Source: Histomonas meleagridis 2922-C6/04-290x
Lineage: Eukaryota > Protista > Parabasalia
Length of the DNA: 64,000 nt
Reading direction: 5' to 3'
Assembly (NCBI GenBank): GCA_020184695.1
Contig: JAANOX010000121.1
Span: 124,001-188,000, forward strand
Part shown: piece after piece, positions 29,471 through 39,634 of the stretch
How positions within the stretch are numbered: position 1 is the stretch's first letter
Layout of the letters: every line of letters starts with the position of its first letter
Program-made: the position numbers and the translations under genes
Notes under the pieces: model-generated
What the model saw: the letters and a program-made list of their open reading frames with translations, nothing else
Told to the model about the DNA's origin: nothing
Databases searched by the model: none

Positions 29471-31849
29471 ATGACTAAAAAAATTGTTCCACTTCACGAA
29501 GTTGAAAGATTAATTAAACAACTCGATAACCCAATCCGTAGTGCAAAGATTCGTGCTGCTTCTCAATTAGAAAATATTCCTGTTTATCCTTCTTTAATAT
29601 CATCACCTGAACAATTTATTAATGATGTTCTATTACCTGTATTACACCATATTTCAAATGAGACAGAAAGTGTGCGTGAAAGTTGTGTTAAAATAATTCA
29701 ATCTTATATTAAACAATTAGGAACAAATTTTATTCATCAAATTTTTCAAATTATTTTCCCAAAACTTGTTTCACGTCTTGAAAGTGAAGATATAGAGCCA
29801 GCTGAACAAATTCGTCTTTCTTTATTAAAGCTTATATGGGAAATAATCAAAATGGTTCCAAAAGATTCACAAGAAATCAGCCTTAACGATTATACAGAAA
29901 TGCTCTCTTCTCCTCTAACTGTTTCTTTTAAAGCTACTGATGCCAAAATGAAGAAAACTGGTTGTTATGTTTTAAATTCACTTATGGAAGTTACTTCTCC
30001 TGAGTCTTTGCAACAAGTTTCTGTTACTCTTATCAATTCAATCATTCCGAATTGTCTTCATAAGCATTATGAAGTGCGTAAGCTATCGGTATCGTCACTT
30101 TCAGTGCTTTACGCCAAAACTGGCGAAATTGAATCAATCGACAAGCTCAAAGACATACTTCAATTTCTTACGGATGATACTAATTCTGAAGTCCGCAAAG
30201 GTGTTATTGAATTTTGTGTAAATCTTTTAGTTTCACATGAGCATCGACATTTATTATATTATCCACTTCTTCTTCCAATTTTATATTTTCTACGTCCATT
30301 AATACCTATACCACCAAATCAAATTAGTTCATCTACTACTGAAGAAGCGATTCTTTCATATGATTCCATATGTAAAATTGCGCAACAATATGAACAAGAT
30401 AATTCTATAACATCAAATGAAACGTTTCAATTTGATCAAAATCATTTTCTTTCCACTGGAATTATCCGAATTATATGCGATAATATCAACAAATTTATGG
30501 ATTTACTTTTACCAATGTTAACTGATTGGAAAGAAACGAATCGAATTTATGGGTTTTCATCACTTATTTCAATTTTATATATTTCGCATATGAATATCAC
30601 AAATTATATTCCACAAATATTTCAGCGTTTATATTTTTCATTACGAGATATGAGAGGAGATCAACAAAATGCACTTGACACTGCATCTGTTGCTTCATAT
30701 GATGTTAATTGTGATGACATTATTAATATATTTTTACCCAAAATTACAAACGAAGGACCAAAAGAAATTATTTTACTTTTGATAGTTATCGTACGCAATA
30801 GTATAATTAGTGATGAATTTTTAGATAATATATTAACACAATGTATTAATTCACATATTTATGAATGTTTAGAATGTAATGATTCATTAATCCAATTAAC
30901 AATAGCAATAATTAGAAAATCGAAAACTTATTCAACTAATAATACGTCGAAACTTTTACATTTCATATTAAAACTTTGTGAAAGTACAAATTCATTACAA
31001 TTATTTGAAAATGTATTTGATGAATCGATTTCGATAATATTTTCACAACATATCCAAACATTATTAAAGATGGAAGATATAACACCACAATACTTATCGC
31101 AATTACTATTAATTGCACCAATTATATCAGTACAAGAAAACCAAGAACTTATTTGTAATATATTAATTGATACAATAAAAAGTACAAATTCATCAAATGT
31201 TAAATCGGAACTTTATGAATTAATAATCAAATTGTCAAAACGTAAAATCTTTTCTAACTTAAATGATGACTTTATCGACGTAATATTGGAAGGAATGGTT
31301 TGGTATCCAGGAAAAGATAAAATTTGTTTTCGAGAAAATTCAACTTTATCACTTTCATCCATTATTAAATATAATGGAATTAATGAAGAAACGCTTAAAA
31401 GAAATGAAGAGAAAATTTTACCAATGATCTTATCATCGATGGATGATACATGGGCAGATGAAGTTCGAGTTGCAGGGATGAAAGCAATGTTACACTTTAT
31501 TAAGAGAATCGATTTTAACGCCAATGATTTCGATAAAATTTATTCTGCTATTAGACAAAGAATGGACGATAACTTATTAACTATTCGAATTTTGGCTGTG
31601 AAAATTATGGCCGAATATTTACCGAAATGTAATAATGTAAATATCGATGACAAATGGAACGATTTGTTGATATTTATCGATGATGATAGTATTGAAATGA
31701 GATCTGAAATGGAAAAATTAATTAGAAATTGTCTGAGAATTGAATCGTTTAAAGATTCGTTGAAAAAGAATTTAAAGGAACAAAAAAATTATCATAAAGA
31801 AGCTGATGAAATATGTGAAAAATTGTTAATGGAAACCGAAAATGAATAA
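29471..31849 (+). CDS. HEAT-repeat protein, dynein assembly factor 5 (HEATR2)-like
   Basis: HEAT motifs ETESVRE, EPAEQIRL, HKHYEVRK and DDTNSEVR in an order resembling DNAAF5. Confidence 0.65.
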   Translation: MTKKIVPLHEVERLIKQLDNPIRSAKIRAASQLENIPVYPSLISSPEQFINDVLLPVLHHISNETESVRESCVKIIQSYIKQLGTNFIHQIFQIIFPKLVSRLESEDIEPAEQIRLSLLKLIWEIIKMVPKDSQEISLNDYTEMLSSPLTVSFKATDAKMKKTGCYVLNSLMEVTSPESLQQVSVTLINSIIPNCLHKHYEVRKLSVSSLSVLYAKTGEIESIDKLKDILQFLTDDTNSEVRKGVIEFCVNLLVSHEHRHLLYYPLLLPILYFLRPLIPIPPNQISSSTTEEAILSYDSICKIAQQYEQDNSITSNETFQFDQNHFLSTGIIRIICDNINKFMDLLLPMLTDWKETNRIYGFSSLISILYISHMNITNYIPQIFQRLYFSLRDMRGDQQNALDTASVASYDVNCDDIINIFLPKITNEGPKEIILLLIVIVRNSIISDEFLDNILTQCINSHIYECLECNDSLIQLTIAIIRKSKTYSTNNTSKLLHFILKLCESTNSLQLFENVFDESISIIFSQHIQTLLKMEDITPQYLSQLLLIAPIISVQENQELICNILIDTIKSTNSSNVKSELYELIIKLSKRKIFSNLNDDFIDVILEGMVWYPGKDKICFRENSTLSLSSIIKYNGINEETLKRNEEKILPMILSSMDDTWADEVRVAGMKAMLHFIKRIDFNANDFDKIYSAIRQRMDDNLLTIRILAVKIMAEYLPKCNNVNIDDKWNDLLIFIDDDSIEMRSEMEKLIRNCLRIESFKDSLKKNLKEQKNYHKEADEICEKLLMETENE

Positions 31850-31953
31850 ATATTTGAATTCGTTTTTTAGTTTATGTTTGTTAATGATAATTTTCATCCT
31901 CCTCTTTTAGGAAAAATTGTTTGATAATAGAATTATGTTTTGATCTCATTTTA

Positions 31954-32757
31954 ATGAAATGTCCAAATGGTTCAATAATATTTATTGAAAAGGTTTTCGG
32001 AGAATGTGTTTTAACTACAAGTGATAAAATCAGCTTTGGAATTGGTATTATTTCAATCGTATTCTGGCTTTCATGTTCGTCACCACAAATTTTCCAAAAT
32101 TGCATGCTTAAAAGAGTTGAAGGGATTTCACCTTTATTTTTTACTTTGATCTTTATTGGTGACATAATTGGTCTCATTGGACTGTTTGTTAAAAAAGATA
32201 TTCTCTCAACTCAAATTGTCTTAGGCTTTGTATTTTTAATTCTTGATGGAATTCTGTTTATTCAATACCTATATTATCAACATGTAATTCATAAATGTTG
32301 TATAGAGAAAGATATAGAAGAAAATTTTAATAATGAGAAAACTAATGAAATACCAAATTATATTTGGTATCATTTCCCTGTAAATTCATTATTATTCACT
32401 GCACAGTTGTCTTATTCTTTGGAGTTAAACAAACCTTACAAAGGAAAGGAACTGATTGGAACAATATTTGGTTGGATTTCATTTGGAATTTATTTTGGAT
32501 CGCGTATTCCACAGGTTTTAATGAATTGTAAATATAAAACAATTGGTGATATTAATATTTATTTTATCTTATTATCAGTTCTTGGAAATATATCATACAT
32601 TTTTTCAGTCTTAATTAAAAGTTTTAAAATTGATTATTTATGGTCACAACTCCCATATCTTTTAGGAGCAATAGGGCCAATGATATGTGATTTAATTTTA
32701 ATGTTCCAAAGTAAACTATATAAAAATCATAATGATATTGGAATAAACTCAAATTGA
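31954..32757 (+). CDS. PQ-loop family membrane transporter
   Basis: Two PQ motifs (SSPQIFQN, RIPQVLMN); seven hydrophobic segments; Inr before ATG 31954. Confidence 0.88.
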   Translation: MKCPNGSIIFIEKVFGECVLTTSDKISFGIGIISIVFWLSCSSPQIFQNCMLKRVEGISPLFFTLIFIGDIIGLIGLFVKKDILSTQIVLGFVFLILDGILFIQYLYYQHVIHKCCIEKDIEENFNNEKTNEIPNYIWYHFPVNSLLFTAQLSYSLELNKPYKGKELIGTIFGWISFGIYFGSRIPQVLMNCKYKTIGDINIYFILLSVLGNISYIFSVLIKSFKIDYLWSQLPYLLGAIGPMICDLILMFQSKLYKNHNDIGINSN

Positions 32758-33113
32758 ATATATGCACACACATTTTGATAAGTCTTTTTTTAGAATTTGG
32801 AAAATAAGTTTTATAAGGCATTTAAAAACATGAAAGTATGCATTGAATTTCTTCTTTATTTATTATATGGAGAAACTTTTAATATTCAATATATGCTTAG
32901 CATTTAAATTAATTTGAAAATTCAGACTTTTATAATGAATAAAAACTATATTTTATTTTTTTGAACCAATTTGAGAATTATGATATAAATTTTTAAACAT
33001 ATCTTGTGTATTTTTCAAATGAAACTTTTGATTTTATTAATACATTATGATATTCACAAAAGAAAAAAAAAAAACTTAAACATTTCACAAATAACTCACA
33101 TCATTTTTTGTTA

Positions 33114-34439
33114 ATGATTCTTTTGTTCATAACAACAATTTTCAGTAAAGAAATTAAACATAAATTCATTTATTATGGTAATAAATCCAAACATGATGAT
33201 GAAAAATTTAAATTAAGAGAAATTTATAATAACAAATGCAATAACAATCCCCAAGATAAAAAATGTGAAACATTAAGAACCATCAGTGAACAATATGAAA
33301 AATACTTTATATACAGGGAATTAAGTGAAATTAAAAACATTAAGAATGAAGTTACAGGAATCGACACTGCTATTATATATATTGGAGCTGATAATCAAAA
33401 AACACCAATTGATCTTTCTGGTATTTCAGGAACCAAAATTGTTATAAAAGCATTAGAAGCGGTCGATAAAGTTTATGTAGATGGGAAAATGAACTATGAT
33501 TCAATTCCTGTTCTTGTTTTTGATGTTCCTATTGTAATAAATGGCAATATGAAAGCAAAAATTCTTTTCGTCAAGTCATATGAAGGCGGAAAGATAAGTA
33601 GTGAAACTATTATTGCTCCTTTATCATTGACAAAAACTATCACAGCAGAAAAAATTTTTGCTTACTATGATTCCATCAATGAAATAAAGATTACAAAGGA
33701 AAACATTCAAATTGATAATGAAATCAGTTTGAGTTCAATATTTATAAATCCATATATAGATTCACCCAAAGAAATCATTGTTGATATGACAAACGAAATT
33801 GAAAATTCTAATATGGATATATATTTCGAAAATCCATCTTTTAGTTTATATAATAATTATTTAGATGGTTTTGATGTTGATGGTTATATTAACTTAGAAA
33901 AATATCTAAATAATGAAGTCATCAATTCAACAAAAATTGTATTAAAAGATGATAAAAATCAAGCGTCGAAATTAAAACTCTTTATATATACAACACCAAA
34001 AAGCAGAAAACTTTTTGATGAAAAGTCATTAGCAGGATTTAATAATTTTGTAGTAAAAGAAGACAGGACTTTCGAAGTGTATAAAGATAAAGAACAAATT
34101 GTTGGTCCACTTCAACAAGAACCCAAGGAACAATCATCAACGGATGGAAAAATTACACAACAAAATCCAAATGCACCAACAGATCCATCTAAAATTTCAC
34201 TCCATTCACCAGCCCAAAGTATTGATCCAATACAACAAAAAGTTACTGGCGCACCAAAATTAGATCAAAAGCAAATATCAAAAGAAAATAAAACACGATC
34301 AACAAATTCAACAGCTTCGGCTAATAAAAATGAGAAAGGATCTAATGTAGGACTAATCGTTGGTATTGTAATAGTGTGCATAATCATCATTGCTGGTGTA
34401 GCTACTGCTATCATTTTGCACAAGAAAAACAATTCCTAA
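33114..34439 (+). CDS. type I membrane/surface protein of unknown function
   Basis: Signal peptide, Q/P/S/T-rich stalk, C-terminal TM segment VGLIVGIVIVCIIIIAGVATAIIL followed by a basic tail. Confidence 0.8.
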   Translation: MILLFITTIFSKEIKHKFIYYGNKSKHDDEKFKLREIYNNKCNNNPQDKKCETLRTISEQYEKYFIYRELSEIKNIKNEVTGIDTAIIYIGADNQKTPIDLSGISGTKIVIKALEAVDKVYVDGKMNYDSIPVLVFDVPIVINGNMKAKILFVKSYEGGKISSETIIAPLSLTKTITAEKIFAYYDSINEIKITKENIQIDNEISLSSIFINPYIDSPKEIIVDMTNEIENSNMDIYFENPSFSLYNNYLDGFDVDGYINLEKYLNNEVINSTKIVLKDDKNQASKLKLFIYTTPKSRKLFDEKSLAGFNNFVVKEDRTFEVYKDKEQIVGPLQQEPKEQSSTDGKITQQNPNAPTDPSKISLHSPAQSIDPIQQKVTGAPKLDQKQISKENKTRSTNSTASANKNEKGSNVGLIVGIVIVCIIIIAGVATAIILHKKNNS

Positions 34440-35026
34440 TAAAATTTAATCAAGATTCAATTATTTTCTTTATTAATAATTCATTAGTACAAAATTAAAT
34501 AGCAAATGTCTTAGTGTTATATAGCCACAATATAAATATATTATTTTTGATTGACTACCGTGAAAAACCTGTAGACCGACAACAAAACTTTAGATAAATC
34601 ATAAATTTTTATATAGTTTGTTAGCAAATAGAAATTTTAACATATGTTCAGTCCCAAAAATATGAATTAATTAAAATATGAAAAGAAAATCGATTTTCTT
34701 GAAAAGATTTTTTTATTGTTAACGTTCTCCTTAGTGAAATGAGTGACAAATAGGAATATTGCGAAAATCACAAAATTAAATCGAAAAAAAATTTATTAAA
34801 TATATATTACTAAGTATGTTCTCTATGAATAATGCTACAGTGTAGATGTAAGTTATATTAAGGTGTCGGCCTACATGTTTTTCACTGCTGTTTACTAATA
34901 AATATAATAGTTCAACTATTTTGAAAACTCAATTTTATTTGTTGTTGTTTTGTATCAAATCGCACTTAATTAATATATCAAATGAGTAACCACAGAAATT
35001 GTTTTTTACTAAAAATTATTTGCAAT

Positions 35027-35668
35027 TTAACAATTACATCCACTGTCTCTTGGCGTGCTAATTACTGGAGCCAATTCATCAATAGGCATAATTTTCGGAC
35101 CTAATTCTGTTGCAAGATCAGTAAAAAGTAATTCAACATTTTCACCTGTCTTAGCGGATACCTCAAAGTACTTTAGTCCGTTCTGTATTGCAAAGTTTTT
35201 TGCTTCTTCATTTGATACCATTCTCTGATCTACCAAATCAATCTTATTCCCAACCAAATATAAAGGTGCGTTTTCAAGTGCATTATTTTTAAATTCCCGT
35301 ATCCATGAATTCAATGATTCAAAAGAGCTTGGTTCTGTAATGTCAAAAACAATAATTCCTGCTGAAGCAGATCTTGAATATAAACCGGTGAATGTTCTAT
35401 ACCGCTCTTCCCCAGCAGTGTCCCATATACGTAATTGAACGATTCCTTTGTGTGTTGATATTTCTTCCATTATTACACCAGATCCAACTGTTGGAGTAAC
35501 CATTCTTTTAAATACTTTTTCATGCAATTGTAGAACAATACTTGTTTTCCCTACGCTTGAAGATCCAAGCATCACAACTTTGTGGGAACTTTCTGCATCA
35601 CTGTTCATGGGTTTTGGAAGTTTACAACAACAGAAAAAGCGAAAAAGGGGTAAACAAAAAGTGAACAT
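35027..35668 (-). CDS. Rab family small GTPase
   Basis: GSSSVGKT, WDTAGEE, GNKID and EVSAK motifs; C-terminal CxC prenylation site; start could be 35668 or 35608. Confidence 0.92.
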   Translation of the reverse strand: MFTFCLPLFRFFCCCKLPKPMNSDAESSHKVVMLGSSSVGKTSIVLQLHEKVFKRMVTPTVGSGVIMEEISTHKGIVQLRIWDTAGEERYRTFTGLYSRSASAGIIVFDITEPSSFESLNSWIREFKNNALENAPLYLVGNKIDLVDQRMVSNEEAKNFAIQNGLKYFEVSAKTGENVELLFTDLATELGPKIMPIDELAPVISTPRDSGCNC

Positions 35669-36131
35669 GAAAGAAGAAAATAATCGGAATCGGTAAAGAA
35701 TTCATTATTCTTTATTTTTAATATGTTTTTTATGCAAGAAAGAGACAAGGGCTTTAAAGGCATTAATGTAATTCGTTTAATATTTTTCGGTTTGATTGAT
35801 TTGTTCAAAATGATTTTTTTTCATACGATCTTAAGCCTAATTAATCATTTAGTACCAATCAAAGTAACAATAATTTTTTAGGAAAATCATTTTAAATGTG
35901 CATTTTACTTAATGTAAAAATGGTCAAATTTTATTTATTTAGGAATAAACCACGAGACTTTCAAAATATTTAGCTAGCTCAGATCTATTTTTTTAAATAA
36001 TCAGCTATAAGAAGAATTTAGAAATAATTTTTTATCAGAATCCAAAAGAACAAAAAATTCAATCTCAAAAAATCGTTCTTTTCTGAAAAAAATTATCGTT
36101 GTATTGAAATTTAATTTCAAAATTTCTTTGT

Positions 36132-36863
36132 TTACTCATGCTTTCCTTGAGCGCGGAGTTTTGCGATTGTCTTTTCGCTAAGTTCACCACCACCCCAGTG
36201 ATGCATTTCTTCCTTGTATTTCATGAGGAAGTTAGCATTGACTGAATCAACAATCTGTGAAAGAGCCTTGCGGTCTTCAGGACGAACATCAGAAACAGCA
36301 ATGCATGTGCATGTCTTCATACCGACGACTTTACCGAGACGAGCCTTTGATTTGACAATAACATATGGGATGTCAAGCTTGCGGCAAAGAGCTGGGAGCC
36401 ATATAACAATTTCGATTGGATCTACATCATGAGCAATGACAACAAGGCTTGCTTTCTTAGCTTCAACAAGAGATGTTACATCCTTGATACCATAAGAAAG
36501 TGCTTTCTTAGCAGAAACATCAGCTGGAGCAAGTGATTTTTCAGACTTTTCAGCGGCTGCTTTGAGACGGAGTTTCTTTTCTGCCTTTGTTTCTGGGCGA
36601 TACTTTTCAAGGAACTTGAAGATTTGAACAGCAGTAGCCTTATCAACAGCATGGTTGAAATGGTTCACTGGTGGTGGGACCTTAAGACGCTTCATGAGGA
36701 TACGACGTTGGCGTTGGATGCGGACATACTTGGGGAAACGAACTTTAGATGCTGCAACAACCTTAGCCTGCTTCTTTTCTTGTGTGAATAAGAAGTCTTG
36801 GTTCTTGATATCAGCATCCAAAATAACTTTTTCTGGTTGAGCACGAGCTGTTCTTCGTGACAT
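36132..36863 (-). CDS. RPL7A: 60S ribosomal protein L7a (eL8)
   Basis: PKYVRIQRQRRIL, KVPPPVNHF, IAHDVDPIEIVIWLPALCRK. Confidence 0.96.
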   Translation of the reverse strand: MSRRTARAQPEKVILDADIKNQDFLFTQEKKQAKVVAASKVRFPKYVRIQRQRRILMKRLKVPPPVNHFNHAVDKATAVQIFKFLEKYRPETKAEKKLRLKAAAEKSEKSLAPADVSAKKALSYGIKDVTSLVEAKKASLVVIAHDVDPIEIVIWLPALCRKLDIPYVIVKSKARLGKVVGMKTCTCIAVSDVRPEDRKALSQIVDSVNANFLMKYKEEMHHWGGGELSEKTIAKLRAQGKHE

Positions 36864-36866
36864 TCG

Positions 36867-36893
36867 AAAGGAAGGCCAAACCGATAACCGCTT
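36867..36893 (-). promoter_or_regulatory. M3 (AGCGGTT) plus M5 (CCTTT) trichomonad core promoter of RPL7A
   Basis: Minus strand reads AAGCGGTTATCGGTTTGGCCTTCCTTTCGA-ATG, matching the T. vaginalis M3/M5 arrangement described for ribosomal protein genes. Confidence 0.65.
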
Positions 36894-36986
36894 ATGACAA
36901 CGGTTAATAATAAACGGTGGATGTCTAATTGACTACTTTACAAAATATAAAAATGTTTCTAATTGTGTTTTAGCTATAAACTTTAC

Positions 36987-38060
36987 TTAGCGTGTGACTC
37001 TGTATGTTGCGATTCTCTTCAAAAGTTCCTGAAGTTCTGGTGTCTTAAAGTGGTCTCTTATTGGTTGTATCAGCATATCGACATATTTGGCAACATCTTC
37101 TCTAAATTGTTTCTCGTTCTTAAGAATTTCTGGGAAGTCTTGTTGTACTTGTTCAGGACTTGTGTATGTCTTACCACAAAGTGTAACCTCGTCAAATCGC
37201 CTCAATATGATGTATTTCAAGTACTCAAAGAGAGGGTTCTTCGATGGCTCTAGTGGGCATGCTGCAATTCCGATTTTACGGTAGATCTCTTCAGTTGTAT
37301 CTTCAATGAAAATAGCACTATCTGGATCACTCTTACTCATCTTTAGCTCAGCACCTTTGAGACCCATAAGCATGTGGTGTGAAAGAATCATTGGTGGTGT
37401 TCGCTTGATTGAATTTGCATATTCAATTGCAAGCATGTTAACTTTTCTTTGGTCAACACCAAGTTGGCAGAAATCTACGCCAAGCATGAAAACGTCAGCA
37501 GCTTGCATGCAAGGATAGATAAATTGAGAAAGTGATAAATTATCACCTTCTTTACGTCCCATGATTTGAACTGTACGCTTGATACGATTAAGTGTGGCAA
37601 ACTCAGATATCTTGTTAACAAGTTCAAAATATTCTTTTTGATGAGCTTTGATAAATTCCATTGACCAGATAAACTCAACATGATTGAGATCCATGCCACA
37701 GGCACGAAAAACTTCAATGAAATAAACACCAACATCATGTATCCATTCTAAGTTTCCATTCATTTTGTGATTGAGCTTTGCAAAAATATCTGCAATGTAG
37801 AGAACCATTGTTCCTCCTGCCTTAATTATAGCATTAGCATTAATGGATGTTGTTAAAGCTTGAGCAATATGCATTCTGCCACTTGGTTCAAACCCGTTAT
37901 ATGCGCGGAATGTTGGATGTGTTTCTAAAAATTCATCAAGCTTTTCGACGCCTTGAGCATCTTCAGCAATTGACAAGAGAATTTCCTTTCTTTGTTGTGT
38001 TGTGAGGGTTGACATATTTTTGTTATGGTCCATAACCCAAACACACTCAGTCAATTCCAT
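36987..38060 (-). CDS. YARS: tyrosyl-tRNA synthetase (archaeal/eukaryotic type)
   Basis: AYNGFEPSGRMHIAQ (HIGH-like), MQAADVF, GVDQRKVNMLA, KMSKS. Confidence 0.95.
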   Translation of the reverse strand: MELTECVWVMDHNKNMSTLTTQQRKEILLSIAEDAQGVEKLDEFLETHPTFRAYNGFEPSGRMHIAQALTTSINANAIIKAGGTMVLYIADIFAKLNHKMNGNLEWIHDVGVYFIEVFRACGMDLNHVEFIWSMEFIKAHQKEYFELVNKISEFATLNRIKRTVQIMGRKEGDNLSLSQFIYPCMQAADVFMLGVDFCQLGVDQRKVNMLAIEYANSIKRTPPMILSHHMLMGLKGAELKMSKSDPDSAIFIEDTTEEIYRKIGIAACPLEPSKNPLFEYLKYIILRRFDEVTLCGKTYTSPEQVQQDFPEILKNEKQFREDVAKYVDMLIQPIRDHFKTPELQELLKRIATYRVTR

Positions 38061-38339
38061 GATTTGAAGGCATATTTCGACAACTTTTTGAATTATTATT
38101 TAGCCAAGTCTCACTTTGGATTTGAATTCACGTCGAATAATTAGAAGAATTCTCTGTGCTTTTGCAAGCATGTAAAGATAAAATAGATTCAGAAAGGCTT
38201 ATGTAAGTATTTGATTTTCGTTTTTGTGAATCACAATAGAAACAAATCAAGGATGAAAATATAGTAAAAATTTTATCGTAAAAGAAATATTTTACACTTA
38301 TTCGAAAAGATTTTATATGTATTATTTTATTTATTTGAT

Positions 38340-39581
38340 TCACAATGTACTTTTCAGTATTTCACCGAGAATAGACAAATCTCTATTTTTATCAGGAGCT
38401 GTATTTAATGCAAATACTTTTGAAGGTGGCATTTCCTTTACTATTTTTACTATGTTCTGTCTTATGTTTTTCATGACCTCTTTTTTTGCTTCACTTAATT
38501 CAGATCCCCAATGTTTCATACAATTATTATAAAACAACATTAACCGGAGGTTTTGTTCAAGTAGATCATTTTCAATATCTTTGTATGATCGCACTGAATC
38601 TAATGGGATATCCGGTAACTCTCTAGCAAGATTAACAAGATAATCATAAGGAACAGGAACTTCATCGATTCCGATGAACTGGCGGTTATCGGCGGTTGAA
38701 CTCATTGCCGATTCAAGTAATGCTTTATCGATTTGAAATGCTTCTGAGAGGCCGCCTAACCTACGTAATGCGTCCTCGAGTACAAGGCTACCGAACCTTT
38801 CTTGTATAGTATGAAGTGAGCTACGAATGTCTGCTGAATTGCTGATTGCAGAACATAAACTTTTGAATCTTGGTAGATCACTTTCATTTGTTGAAGGAGA
38901 AAAGTATAAACCTAGAGTATCTGGGAAGGTTTGGACATCGGTTGTATGAGATTTTGTCTCTTCAAAAATAACAGGAATATCTAAGTTTTCAAAAATAGAT
39001 GTTGTTTGAGTTGTGTCATTAGATAATGTACGAGAAGAAGAGGAAAGTGTATGGGGAGTTTCTCCTTTTAATTGTTTTTTAACAAGTTTGAGTTGTTTTC
39101 GGAAAAATTGTAAGATGGTAGATCCTTCTTTGAAAACAAAGCTTCCTGGTGGATTGTAAGTCATACAATTGTTAAACATTAAGTACATATCATCTTTAAA
39201 TTGTTGAAGAGATTGATACTCATCATCATGAATTTTGGATTTGATTGTAGAAAGGTCCATTGGATGTTTAACAATTGAAAAATAGCCAGGAGCTATATCT
39301 TCAGTTACTGGTTGAGCAAAAATTTTTTGAATATCTTTTTGGGAAACCTTCTTGACTAAATCATTGATAGCTTTAACAAGTGCTGGCGATGGTGGAACTC
39401 TTGGTGGAGCATTTGGATCACGTTTTCCAATAGATAATGTAATTCTAGTTCCTTGGGTACGAACACCACTATATTTAAAATTAATTTTTAATGGTGGAGG
39501 AATAGCAGATTCTTGAGTGGTTGTAAATCTTAAAAGTCTTTTAGGTTTTCTAGTTTTTTCTTTCTTTTCTTTTTTATTCAT
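38340..39581 (-). CDS. bromodomain-containing protein (BRD7/9-like)
   Basis: FAQPVTEDIAPGYFSIVKHPMDLSTIKSK...MFNNCMTYNPPGS. Confidence 0.9.
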   Translation of the reverse strand: MNKKEKKEKTRKPKRLLRFTTTQESAIPPPLKINFKYSGVRTQGTRITLSIGKRDPNAPPRVPPSPALVKAINDLVKKVSQKDIQKIFAQPVTEDIAPGYFSIVKHPMDLSTIKSKIHDDEYQSLQQFKDDMYLMFNNCMTYNPPGSFVFKEGSTILQFFRKQLKLVKKQLKGETPHTLSSSSRTLSNDTTQTTSIFENLDIPVIFEETKSHTTDVQTFPDTLGLYFSPSTNESDLPRFKSLCSAISNSADIRSSLHTIQERFGSLVLEDALRRLGGLSEAFQIDKALLESAMSSTADNRQFIGIDEVPVPYDYLVNLARELPDIPLDSVRSYKDIENDLLEQNLRLMLFYNNCMKHWGSELSEAKKEVMKNIRQNIVKIVKEMPPSKVFALNTAPDKNRDLSILGEILKSTL

Positions 39582-39634
39582 CAGTTTGTCACTTTTTGGA
39601 GCATATTAACGGCCGCTGACATAAACGTCTTCAA

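Noticed and set aside
39581-39604. 7-codon upstream ORF whose TGA overlaps the bromodomain ATG (TGATG)
   Set aside because: Probably lies at or upstream of the TSS given short trichomonad UTRs; likely chance
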